Below are positions 54,530-62,796 of a stretch of DNA of 64,000 bases, piece by piece (within the stretch, counting starts at the first letter, position 1; the number at the start of each line of letters is the position of its first letter). Source of the stretch: a virus; the IMG/VR virus record IMGVR_UViG_3300045988_132745, positions 32,001 to 96,000 of that record. The stretch is one strand, 5' to 3'. The notes under the pieces were generated by a model. That model saw only the letters and a program-made list of their open reading frames with translations, searched no databases and was not told the DNA's origin. The position numbers and the translations under genes are program-made.

Positions 54530-55570
54530 ATGAAAAAGATAGTAAGAGGTAATGATTTTACATTGCGCATACCCGTGCGCAAGATTGTGGGGGGCGAGAT
54601 GCAGAAGTTTCCATTGCCTGCATGCGAGGAGATTGAGGTGAACCTTGTAAACGCCTTTCGTCGCAGAAGAATGGCGCATACGATAGGTGTGGAGGACGAC
54701 TCGCTGCTTGAGGTGAGGGTGCAAAGCTCGGAGATGGCTCTGGGTGCGTATGCCCTTGAGGTGAAGGGCAAGTTGTTTGGCTGTTCATGGCGAAGCAATG
54801 AGTATGAACAGATAATGCTTGTGGATAATAATGCGTCGGGCGACACAGTGTTTGAGCCACATGAGGGTGAGGACTCGGTTGAGATGGACACGGCTGTTGT
54901 GGTGCTGCCTCCTACCGTGGAACTTGGCAACCTGATAACGGGGGCAAACGAGGCTATCAAGAAGGCGAATGTGGCTACTGACAGAGCTAATGCTTCGGCA
55001 GACAAGGCTGACAAGGCTGCTGCGGACGCTAAGAGCACGGCTGATACTGCTGCTGCAGAAGCGAAGGCTACTGCGGACGCTGCTGCTGCCGAGGCGAAGA
55101 AAACGGCTAATGACGCTGCTGAACTGGCTATTACAACTGCTAATGATGCCGCGACCGATGCAGAACAGAGAACGACCGCTGCTATTGCCGAAATGACTAA
55201 GCAGACGGACACTACGCTTGCTGCTGTTACGCAACAGACAACGGACGCTATTGCTGATGTTAAGCAACAGACTACAGACGCTATTGCTGACGTTAAGCAA
55301 CAGACAACGGACGCTATTGCTGATGTTAAGCAACAGACAGATACTGCTATTGCCGACGTGAAGCAACAGACTGCCGATGCTATTGCCAAGAACGACAAGG
55401 CTACGACCGATGCTGTGGCTAAGGCTGACAAGGCTACGGCTGACGCTGTGAAGGCTAAGACGGATGCGGACACGGCTGCGGACAGGGCTAATACGGCTGC
55501 AGAAAGATGCGAGAGCGTGAACGTAGATTTTGATGTGGAAAGAGGAGAATTGGTGATTGTAAGTGAATAG
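54530..55570 (+). CDS. Fibre-like protein with an Ala/Thr/Asp-rich coiled coil and 11-aa tandem repeats
   Basis: QQTTDAIADVK repeated about 4.8 times. Composition is like the coiled coil of the DGR target. Confidence 0.55.
   Translation: MKKIVRGNDFTLRIPVRKIVGGEMQKFPLPACEEIEVNLVNAFRRRRMAHTIGVEDDSLLEVRVQSSEMALGAYALEVKGKLFGCSWRSNEYEQIMLVDNNASGDTVFEPHEGEDSVEMDTAVVVLPPTVELGNLITGANEAIKKANVATDRANASADKADKAAADAKSTADTAAAEAKATADAAAAEAKKTANDAAELAITTANDAATDAEQRTTAAIAEMTKQTDTTLAAVTQQTTDAIADVKQQTTDAIADVKQQTTDAIADVKQQTDTAIADVKQQTADAIAKNDKATTDAVAKADKATADAVKAKTDADTAADRANTAAERCESVNVDFDVERGELVIVSE
55232..55390 (+). repeat. 33-bp tandem repeat, about 4.8 copies (coding)
   Basis: CAACAGACAACGGACGCTATTGCTGATGTTAAG and variants. 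Confidence 0.85.
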
Positions 55571-55635
55571 TGAAAAGGGAAAAATCCAATAGCTTTTAAG
55601 AGTAAAAAAGTAAAAGGGTAAAAAAGTAAAAGGGT
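55562..55635. repeat. Family-1 intergenic element (GTGAA heptads, AAAAATCCAATAG box, GTAAAAG repeats)
   Basis: Read directly from the sequence. Confidence 0.7.
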
Positions 55636-55641
55636 TTTATT

Positions 55642-56070
55642 ATGAAAGCAAGTGACATTTTGATTGACAAACTGAAGCAGTTTGAGGGGTATCGGGCCAA
55701 GGCTTACAGATGCCCTGCTGGAGTGTGGACGTGTGGGTATGGGCATACCAAGGGCGTAACGGCTCGCACGGCGTGCGACAAAGCGAAGGCTCTTGCATGG
55801 CTAAGGTCTGACCTTGCGCCTATCGAGAGCTTCCTATCGGCTGTGCCTGAGGTGGCGAAGACGCAAGGACGCTTTGACGCATGTGCGGATTTCTGCTTTA
55901 ATCTTGGTACGGGTGCCTTCCGTGGCTCTACGCTCTTTAAACTGATACAGAAGAAGGCTTCGATGGCTGCTATCCAGGCGGAGTTCTTGAAGTGGATTTA
56001 TGCAGGAGGTAGACCGTTGGAAGGATTGAAAATGAGAAGACGATGGGAAGCAGGCCGCTTTGCGGAGTGA
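55642..56070 (+). CDS. Endolysin, GH24 (T4-type) lysozyme
   Basis: LKQFEGYRAKAYRCPAGVWTCGYGHT catalytic region. 142 aa. Confidence 0.85.
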   Translation: MKASDILIDKLKQFEGYRAKAYRCPAGVWTCGYGHTKGVTARTACDKAKALAWLRSDLAPIESFLSAVPEVAKTQGRFDACADFCFNLGTGAFRGSTLFKLIQKKASMAAIQAEFLKWIYAGGRPLEGLKMRRRWEAGRFAE

Positions 56071-56120
56071 AGAGTGAAGAGTGAAAAGTGAAAAATCCAA
56101 TAGTTATGTAAAAGTGAAAG
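56066..56120. repeat. Family-1 intergenic element
   Basis: GAGTGAAGAGTGAAGAGTGAAAAGTGAAAAATCCAATAG. Confidence 0.7.
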
Positions 56121-56122
56121 TT

Positions 56123-56365
56123 ATGGAGAATGTTATTACAAAGATTGTGAATAAGGTGGGTAGCGATAAGGTGATGCACGTGGAAACGTGTGCGCTTATA
56201 GCTGTTGTGGCGAAACGATGCTCGGGCAGTGTGGCGATAAGTGCTGCTGTTGCTCTGGGTGTAGGATTGCTTAAGGAGCTGTATGATGTGGCTACGGGAG
56301 AGGAGTTTGACTGGAAAGACGTGGCTGCGGATGCTGTGGGAGCGGTAGTTGGAGCAAGCATTTAA
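56123..56365 (+). CDS. Small membrane protein next to the endolysin
   Basis: Start at MENVITK. Has hydrophobic segments. A lysis role is only positional. Confidence 0.45.
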   Translation: MENVITKIVNKVGSDKVMHVETCALIAVVAKRCSGSVAISAAVALGVGLLKELYDVATGEEFDWKDVAADAVGAVVGASI

Positions 56366-56437
56366 AAGTAAAAAAGTAAAAGAGTAAAAAGGTAAAAAAG
56401 GACTTTTAAGGGTAAAAAAGTAAAAAGAGTAAAAAAG
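56363..56437. repeat. Degenerate GTAAAAR tandem repeats
   Basis: AAAAGTAAAAAAGTAAAAGAGTAAAAAGGTAAAAAAGG.... Confidence 0.65.
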
Positions 56438-56467
56438 AAGGCTGCTGTCCTCACGGATAGCAGCCTT
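56438..56467. terminator. Bidirectional terminator hairpin (GTCC-TCAC-GGAT core)
   Basis: AAGGCTGCTGTCC-TCAC-GGATAGCAGCCTT, with A and T tracts on both sides. Confidence 0.65.
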
Positions 56468-56637
56468 TAAGTTTTTAACATTTTAAATACTTTACAGAAT
56501 ATGTATTATTCTAATAAAATACTTGTGCAAAGGTACATAATTTTCTTTGAATATTATCAGCAAAAGGCACAAAAGGCACTAAATATTCGTGAAATAAGCG
56601 GATTGCACGAATTTCGCGAATTATAGGGTCGTTGGCG

Positions 56638-57414
56638 TTACTTTTTTTGCCATACCCATAATGTCTGAGCGTTCTTCTCGTCGTAGAACCTTATAGTCTC
56701 CTTCTCTCTTATGTAGATAAGCGAGCAGGAATTTGATTCTGGTGTGAATATATGGTCGAATACAACGTGTCCGTTCTTGGTGGTGCATTCGGTAGTAAAG
56801 TTGATGTTCTCGCTTGGTGCGGAGAACGTAATCTTTCCTTTCTTTCCTATCTTTATGGTAAATGCTACGCCCTGTCCTCCTTTATACCCCGTAGTTTCCC
56901 ATGTACCGATAAGTGCGCCGTCGTGATCGGAAGCGTCGGTGAAGTCCTCGAAAGTGTTGCTGGAGCCGTAACTTGCGTAACTATCCAACGCGTGCGAGTC
57001 GCCATTTGGAGCTGTGGCTTCGATTGTCTTGGTGTTTGTACGCAGTTTGGTGATGGTGAGCGACCTGTAAAGGATGTCGTTCCAGTCGAAGCCTTCGTAT
57101 GCGCCAGATGTGAATGTGGTGACGAGCTTACCGTCTACTACTGCCCACGTGCCGAAGAAGTTCGATTCGGCATAGGTGAGCGACCCCGACGTTACCTTAC
57201 CGCTGCTCATACACGACACCAGTCGGTTGCGGTAGAAGCGGTACTCGCTGCGCTTGTTGTTGTCGAGATACCATTTATATCCCGCAACATAATTCTCCAC
57301 ACGTCGTTCACTGATGGTGCCGTCATCGTCACCGTCGCTACTACAGCTTGCTACATTCGCGCCCATGGCAAGCAGCATGGCTGACATGAACAAAAAACTG
57401 AAAATCTTTTTCAT
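56638..57414 (-). CDS. Lipoprotein (signal peptide plus VASC lipobox)
   Basis: MKKIFSFLFMSAMLLAMGANVASCSSDGDDDG. This is the first minus-strand gene in the window. Confidence 0.7.
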   Translation of the reverse strand: MKKIFSFLFMSAMLLAMGANVASCSSDGDDDGTISERRVENYVAGYKWYLDNNKRSEYRFYRNRLVSCMSSGKVTSGSLTYAESNFFGTWAVVDGKLVTTFTSGAYEGFDWNDILYRSLTITKLRTNTKTIEATAPNGDSHALDSYASYGSSNTFEDFTDASDHDGALIGTWETTGYKGGQGVAFTIKIGKKGKITFSAPSENINFTTECTTKNGHVVFDHIFTPESNSCSLIYIREKETIRFYDEKNAQTLWVWQKK

Positions 57415-57769
57415 TGTGAATTTATTGTTTTTAGTTAATAATGTTTTTGTCTAACCGCAGAAAGCGCAGAAGAACGCGGAAAATTCTGTGTTTTTTGCGT
57501 AGTCTGCGGTTCTTACCACCACACCTCTATGTCCGATGTTTCACGCACGTTTTTGTACCTTTATCCTTGGAAAGTTCGAGGTGTTGGACTGGATACGGAA
57601 TCAGTGAACAACCAGTAAAGACGCAGTGAAGACGCAGTAAAGACGTTTTAAACCGATTTTCGGTTGTTTCCGGTCATTTTCCGACCGAATGTTTCACGGA
57701 TTTTCGACTCTCCATCCACCCCACGTTTTCCATCAAAACAATATCTTAAACTCTTAAATCCATTCAACT

Positions 57770-58210
57770 ATGGCAAGAGTCACTTTCTCCACGGACATTC
57801 AGTCCATTTCAGGTAAGTTATGCTCCAAAGAGGGCGTGATTTACAGTGTAAATCAGCAGACGGGCAAGACCTACCGTTCCGACCGTCACAGTTTTTCTGA
57901 CCCCAACACCGAGGGACAGCAGACCATCCGCGCCACCTTCAAAAAGAAGTCGCAGTTTGCCTCGTCTTGGTGGAAGCAGAACCGTCCTGCGGACAAGAAC
58001 GCCAAGGGTACGGAGGCTTACCTCGCCGTGATGAAGGCCTACAAGGCGCAGCACAAAATCGGCAACCCCTACAGCTTCATGCGCTCCCTCGTCACCGACG
58101 ACCTCAAGGTAGTGCTCTCCGGCAACGACCTCACGGGAGGCGTGAAGCCTGGTAGCTCCACCACTGAAGGTGGCGGTGGTCAGAAGCCTGGTGGCAGCCT
58201 GGATGGCTAA
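57770..58210 (+). CDS. Hypothetical protein with a Gly-rich tail
   Basis: 146-aa ORF. Confidence 0.5.
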   Translation: MARVTFSTDIQSISGKLCSKEGVIYSVNQQTGKTYRSDRHSFSDPNTEGQQTIRATFKKKSQFASSWWKQNRPADKNAKGTEAYLAVMKAYKAQHKIGNPYSFMRSLVTDDLKVVLSGNDLTGGVKPGSSTTEGGGGQKPGGSLDG

Positions 58211-58348
58211 AGGTAGCTAAGCGCAAGAAGGCTTTGCCCTTCTTCAGATCGTAGGGCTACCCCACGGCTGACTCTTCATTATCTCCCTGGCATGACTCTG
58301 AATGAAAGGAGCGTGTCGGGGAGTTTTTTTTGTATGTTGCTTAAAAGC

Positions 58349-58382
58349 AAAAAAGCACTGCTATCCTCACGGACGGCAGTGC
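58349..58382 (-). terminator. Terminator for the XRE gene (GTCC-GTGA-GGAT core on the minus strand)
   Basis: GCACTGCCGTCC-GTGA-GGATAGCAGTGC followed by TTTTTT, read on the minus strand. Confidence 0.65.
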
Positions 58383-58424
58383 TTACCGAATTAATAACAT
58401 AGTACAAAATACTACGTCATATCG

Positions 58425-58754
58425 TTATCCCTCCGCCGTCACGCTTGCACTTATCTTTGCACCACACGAGGGGCAGATGGTTTGTATCTTAAATTCTGAC
58501 GGATATACATTTTTGTTGCATTGGTCTTCTGGCGGAAACAACTCGGTTATCTTCACGCCTAATGCTTCGGCTATATCATAGAGATTGCTCAACGACGGAT
58601 TGCCGTTGATGCGTGCTCCTATCGCAGCCGATGTGAGTTTACGGACATTGCCATCCTTATCTTTTGTGGTTAATCTTTCGGCAAGGTCGGGAAGTGTAAG
58701 ACCTTGCTCCTGCATTATAGCAGTAATGCGTAGATTATTTCTTCTTTTCTTCAT
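58425..58754 (-). CDS. XRE-family HTH regulator with a C-terminal CxxC zinc-ribbon-like tail
   Basis: HTH QGLTLPDLAERL...; NLYDIAEALGVKITELF; CPSCGAKI. Confidence 0.75.
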   Translation of the reverse strand: MKKRRNNLRITAIMQEQGLTLPDLAERLTTKDKDGNVRKLTSAAIGARINGNPSLSNLYDIAEALGVKITELFPPEDQCNKNVYPSEFKIQTICPSCGAKISASVTAEG

Positions 58755-58799
58755 AGTGATTCTTGTTCAATATTCTATAAAAGTATTAAAATGTTAGTG

Positions 58800-58807
58800 C
58801 AAAGATA
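58800..58807 (-). promoter_or_regulatory. -7 box (CAAAGATA on the plus strand = TATCTTTG)
   Basis: 46 nt upstream of the minus-strand ATG. Confidence 0.45.
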
Positions 58808-58901
58808 AAAATAAACTTTGTATAAACAAAGAAAAAGCAATAAAAATATAAATGGATTAAAGTTTTCTTTGTTTTTGTTTGCGCATATCAAAATAAACTT
58901 T

Positions 58902-58909
58902 TATCTTTG
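58902..58909 (+). promoter_or_regulatory. -7 box TATCTTTG
   Basis: Divergent from the XRE gene. 53 nt upstream of the ATG at 58962. Confidence 0.45.
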
Positions 58910-58961
58910 CAGCGCATTGTAAAACAATAATGCACGGATTAATAACTTATAAAATATTGTC

Positions 58962-59147
58962 ATGAAAGAAACAACAGTAAAAATCGAGTTGGGCAAGACT
59001 GATTTGCAACTTGCCACCACCGGAGTAATCAAACAGCTTACACTCAATCCGCCTACTGCCGAGGAATGTGACACCGCATACTATATGGGCGTGCAGGTGC
59101 TGTTTGATGTATTGGAGTCTACATTTAAGGATAGGGAAAAGGAGTAG
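58962..59147 (+). CDS. Small hypothetical protein
   Basis: 61-aa ORF. Confidence 0.4.
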   Translation: MKETTVKIELGKTDLQLATTGVIKQLTLNPPTAEECDTAYYMGVQVLFDVLESTFKDREKE

Positions 59148-59150
59148 TGT

Positions 59151-60641
59151 ATGTTATGTAAAGATGATTTGGCGAAACCTAATAGGTGGAGCAATGTTAA
59201 TCTGACGCAAGAACAATATATAGCCAAAGCAAGAGCCAAATGGGGCGATGCTTACGACTATTCGGAGAGCGTGTATCTTGCCGGACTGAAGCCTATCACT
59301 ATTCGTTGTGTCAAGCACAATCGTTATTTTACGGTACAGGCAGGAAATCATATTAGTTTGAGCCAAAGAGGTCTTTCCGGTGGTTGTCCGTTGTGTGCAC
59401 AAGAACGTCTTGCTGAGTATAGAGAAAATAAACATAAGGAGACTTTGAGAAAAAACAAGCAGAAGAAAAAAGAAAGGCAAGAATCTCGCTTGTCTCCTCA
59501 TGATGTTTTTCTCAAAAAAGCTAAGGCGAAATATCCTCTCTATGACTTTTCGCTTGTGAAATATAAAGGTAGAGAAACTTATGTCACTATTATTTGTCCT
59601 GTTCATGGCGAGTTTAAGATTAAGCCTCGCACACTTCTGAGAGGAGAAAAAGGCAAAAATCCGCATGGTTGTTGGAAGTGTAACGGGATGGTGCCACCCT
59701 ATGAGCGAGAGAGCGGAATGGAATATTTTAAGCGTAAAATGTACGAGCTGTATGGCGATAAATACACCTTTATGTGGAGCGACTTCAAACATAAAAAGTC
59801 TCAAATCCGTTTCACTTGTAAACAGCATGGCGAACAGCACCGCAGCGCACAGGTGTTGTTGGAAGGAAAAGGCTGTGAGTATTGCAATGGCAAGCTTTGG
59901 CCTACTGATTGGATAAAAAACGCACGGGCTGTGCATGGAGATAAATACGAATACGACGAGAGCCGACCGCCAAGAATATTTACTGACCGTATTAGGTACA
60001 AATGTCCTGTGCATGGATGGCAGGAGACTCGTTATGATTGTCATGTACAGCAAGGCTGTGGCTGCGCATTGTGTGCAGGAGTTGTTAATAAGTTGTCTGC
60101 TGATGAACGAAAACAAATGTGGATAGAGAAATGCAAAGCGCGATTTCCGGGCAAGTATTCGTATCGTGATGTGGTGTATGTCAACAATGATACGCCAGTG
60201 AAGATATATTGTAAGGAACATCATCTTACTTTTGAAACTACACCCGATACGCATCTGAGAGGAGCTGGAGGCTGTCCACTATGCACCAAGTCGGTGGGCG
60301 AAGTGCAAATATACAAATGGTTAAGCGAACACGATGTTCCCTTTGAAACTCAAAAAAAATTGCCCAACGAGAATATGTTTTGCAAACGTCAGTATCTCGT
60401 TGCCGACTTCTATCTGCCCGACCTTAATCTGATAATCGAAATGAATGGACTGCAACATTATCAGTATGTAGAGCATTTCAACACTAAGGATTGGACGTTT
60501 GAGGATCAGCAGATACGCGACGACACCTTGCGAGCATATTGCTGCGACCACGGTGTGAATCTGCTTGAAATAAAGTATAATGAGATTGGCCGAATACCTA
60601 AAATCCTTGCTAAGGCGATAAAGAAATACGGCAAGCGATAG
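59151..60641 (+). CDS. Five zinc-ribbon-like repeats plus a C-terminal DUF559/Vsr-like PD-(D/E)xK nuclease domain
   Basis: Repeats of the type C(K/P).H(G/N)..F.......L.G.GGCP.C. C-terminus LVADFYLPDLNLIIEMNGLQHY. Confidence 0.55.
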   Translation: MLCKDDLAKPNRWSNVNLTQEQYIAKARAKWGDAYDYSESVYLAGLKPITIRCVKHNRYFTVQAGNHISLSQRGLSGGCPLCAQERLAEYRENKHKETLRKNKQKKKERQESRLSPHDVFLKKAKAKYPLYDFSLVKYKGRETYVTIICPVHGEFKIKPRTLLRGEKGKNPHGCWKCNGMVPPYERESGMEYFKRKMYELYGDKYTFMWSDFKHKKSQIRFTCKQHGEQHRSAQVLLEGKGCEYCNGKLWPTDWIKNARAVHGDKYEYDESRPPRIFTDRIRYKCPVHGWQETRYDCHVQQGCGCALCAGVVNKLSADERKQMWIEKCKARFPGKYSYRDVVYVNNDTPVKIYCKEHHLTFETTPDTHLRGAGGCPLCTKSVGEVQIYKWLSEHDVPFETQKKLPNENMFCKRQYLVADFYLPDLNLIIEMNGLQHYQYVEHFNTKDWTFEDQQIRDDTLRAYCCDHGVNLLEIKYNEIGRIPKILAKAIKKYGKR

Positions 60642-60668
60642 CCATAGCATGAGGTAGGGCAGAACCTT

Positions 60669-61112
60669 TTACCCTACCCCATTCTTCTCCTCTGCATACC
60701 GTGGAATGTTGGTTACGAGAAATGCCGTGGCGCAGTTGGGGCATACCAATACCTGACGTGCGTTTTGCGGTTCTTGTGCAAAAAGCGGACCTAAACGTTC
60801 GCGCTCGGCATACTCCTTCAGTTTCTCAAAGCTCACCTTCGGCTCTTCGATGATTGAGCCGTCGGGAGCCATGCGATAGAAGAAGTCGCGAGGGTCAACG
60901 TCTATTGCCCATGCTATCTTGTAGATAGTGGACAGCGTAGGGTTGCCAGTAATCATCTGCGACACGGCTGCTTTGGTCACGCCCAGTCGTTCTGCCACTT
61001 GCACGGTGGTGAATCCCTTGCGATGGATGGTCTCCAATATTCTCAGCTCCGTAACGGGAGCGTAAGGCTGAACAACCTTGTGTCCGTCCTTCTTTATCTC
61101 AATGTCTACCAT
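60669..61112 (-). CDS. XRE-family HTH regulator with a C-terminal CxxC tail
   Basis: GFTTVQVAERLGVTKAAVSQM; TIYKIAWAIDVDPRDFF; CPNCATAF. Confidence 0.75.
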   Translation of the reverse strand: MVDIEIKKDGHKVVQPYAPVTELRILETIHRKGFTTVQVAERLGVTKAAVSQMITGNPTLSTIYKIAWAIDVDPRDFFYRMAPDGSIIEEPKVSFEKLKEYAERERLGPLFAQEPQNARQVLVCPNCATAFLVTNIPRYAEEKNGVG

Positions 61113-61662
61113 ATATATTGTGTTTTGTGTTGTTTTATAGCGTAAAGTTAAGTTTTTTTGTTTTTATACACAGGACATTGTACTTATTTCGTCAATTTTG
61201 TGTAAGTTTAGCCTATTGATTAAGCGTTTTTAGTATAGGTTGATGTTGTTTTAATGTACTAAAAATGAGCGTTTTAATCTGTTTTGTCCCCAAAATAATC
61301 GTTGTAAATCGTATTTCCCGAAAAGTGGCAGAATGAAGACTGCTACCCTAAAAGCTATGTAAATTTTTAAAGATTAGAGCAAAGTTGTTGATTTGAACGG
61401 CTCAGCTTCACAGAGCAGCGTCCGCCTCACTGCAACCCGTTGGTTTAGTGTAGGTTAGTCAAGTCTTATCATATATGCTAAGCACACCCCAGGCGGGCGA
61501 GGGTGTCCAGCTGGGCACCGAGGGCGCACAGCTCAGGGCGTGAGGCATTGGCGGTCGGGTGTGCTGTTGTGTGTCGTCGGTGTTTTTTGAAAGGATGCAA
61601 GAAAAATAAAAGATAATACGAATAAAAGTACTAAAATATTTTGTTTGTACAAATAAAAGTAC

Positions 61663-61670
61663 TACCTTTG
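61663..61670 (+). promoter_or_regulatory. -7 box TACCTTTG
   Basis: 27 nt upstream of the ATG at 61697. Confidence 0.45.
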
Positions 61671-61696
61671 CAGTGTTCAAATAAAATAAATATAAT

Positions 61697-61834
61697 ATGA
61701 AAGAATTAAGATTAACAGAGGTTGAACGCGAGCTAATAGAGGCAGGGCGCAACTACAAAAGGAGTTACCCGAACGGCGCAACGGAATTGCGCTACTATGT
61801 AGAGAGGCTTTTTACTGAATGGCTGGACGAGTAA
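61697..61834 (+). CDS. Small hypothetical protein (45 aa; not in the ORF track)
   Basis: ATG at 61697 and TAA at 61832, translated by hand. Confidence 0.35.
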   Translation: MKELRLTEVERELIEAGRNYKRSYPNGATELRYYVERLFTEWLDE

Positions 61835-61908
61835 CACGAAATTAAAAAAGAGGGTGCCCACTTCGGCACCCTCCCAGAAAGAAAATATAACTTTTAATAT
61901 ATACTATT

Positions 61909-62166
61909 ATGGCAATAATGATTTTGAAACAGACACAGGCGGAGACAATGAAAGCGCAGTTATCCGATCTTTTAATCTCTATTTCTTGGGCTGACTTGGC
62001 GAAACGTTATTTTAACCGCTCCGGCTCTTGGCTTTATCATAAGTTTGACGGTATCGACGGAAACAAAAAGCCTACAGCATTTACAGAGGAGGAGCGCGAA
62101 CAGTTGCGCGGCGCTCTCGTTGACTTGAGCGACAGAATACGCCGAGCAGCCGACCGCATACAATAA
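61909..62166 (+). CDS. DUF5053-like small protein (tentative)
   Basis: SWLYHKFDGIDGNKKPTAFTEEEREQLRGAL resembles the Bacteroides DUF5053 pattern as I recall it. Confidence 0.45.
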   Translation: MAIMILKQTQAETMKAQLSDLLISISWADLAKRYFNRSGSWLYHKFDGIDGNKKPTAFTEEEREQLRGALVDLSDRIRRAADRIQ

Positions 62167-62230
62167 AGCCCCGGCTTTGTATATTTAGCCGTATTTGAAC
62201 ACAAGCCGCCGCAGGGCTGCGGCGCACCAT

Positions 62231-62266
62231 TCCCGACAAGGTTTGCACCCTGTCGGGATTTTTTTT
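62231..62266 (+). terminator. Rho-independent terminator
   Basis: TCCCGACA-loop-TGTCGGGA followed by TTTTTTTT. Confidence 0.7.
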
Positions 62267-62270
62267 GCTT

Positions 62271-62618
62271 TTACTGCTTTGCTCCTCCGCCCTGCTCCAG
62301 CCTCTCCACGATGGCGCGGAGCTGCTGCACGGTGTCGGCGGTGTAGATCTCACAGCCTACACGCACGACACCCACCAAGCCACCACCGCCAACGCCTGAG
62401 CGCTGCGCCCTGGCTTGCTTCAGCTCCTCGACGACTGAAGGAGGGGCGAGGAGCTGCCACGGCTCGACATTCAAGGCGGCGGCGATGCGCTCTAAGGTGG
62501 GGAACGAGGGGCGCGAGATAGAAGCCGAAACACTGGCTTGAGAAACCCCCATTTTGTTTGCTATTTCTTGTTGTGTGATTCCCTTTTGGGATAACATTTC
62601 TTTTATATATGATTGCAT
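62271..62618 (-). CDS. XRE-family HTH regulator with a GC-rich, Gly-rich C-terminal region and no CxxC
   Basis: KGITQQEIANKMGVSQASVS; TLERIAAALNVEPWQLL. Confidence 0.7.
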   Translation of the reverse strand: MQSYIKEMLSQKGITQQEIANKMGVSQASVSASISRPSFPTLERIAAALNVEPWQLLAPPSVVEELKQARAQRSGVGGGGLVGVVRVGCEIYTADTVQQLRAIVERLEQGGGAKQ

Positions 62619-62644
62619 AAGATTATATTTATATTTTGATAGTA

Positions 62645-62652
62645 CAAAGATA
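62645..62652 (-). promoter_or_regulatory. -7 box (CAAAGATA on the plus strand)
   Basis: 27 nt upstream of the minus-strand ATG. Confidence 0.45.
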
Positions 62653-62747
62653 CATATATATATATAATATAAAGATATTCTAATACTAATATATGTTAAT
62701 TATATGGATTTTCCTATATTTTATTTTGTGATATAGAGTTTTCTTTA

Positions 62748-62755
62748 TATCTTTG
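62748..62755 (+). promoter_or_regulatory. -7 box TATCTTTG (within repeat TATCTTTGCAAGCGTAAACAA)
   Basis: The same 21-mer recurs at 63946. Confidence 0.5.
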
Positions 62756-62796
62756 CAAGCGTAAACAAGAAACAAAACAAATAAATACTTTTGATT

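Larger units (their letters stand above)
1..56467. mobile_element. Tailed-phage / prophage genome segment; ends not in window (58-64 kb may also belong to it)
   Basis: Co-directional array containing tape measure, prohead protease, capsid, portal-like, fibre, endolysin and DGR genes. Bacteroidetes-type TAnnTTTG promoters. Confidence 0.85.

Noticed and set aside
54508-55746. 412-aa minus-strand ORF, the longest antisense ORF in the track
   Set aside because: It is the mirror image of the Ala/Thr/Asp-rich repeat gene 54530..55570 and translates to low-complexity Ser/Ala/Val. It is a frame artefact of GCN-rich coding sequence.
53485-56437. CRISPR array, considered because of many short repeats
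   Set aside because: The units are 7-10 nt and contiguous or inverted, without unique spacers of 25-40 nt. No cas genes are present.
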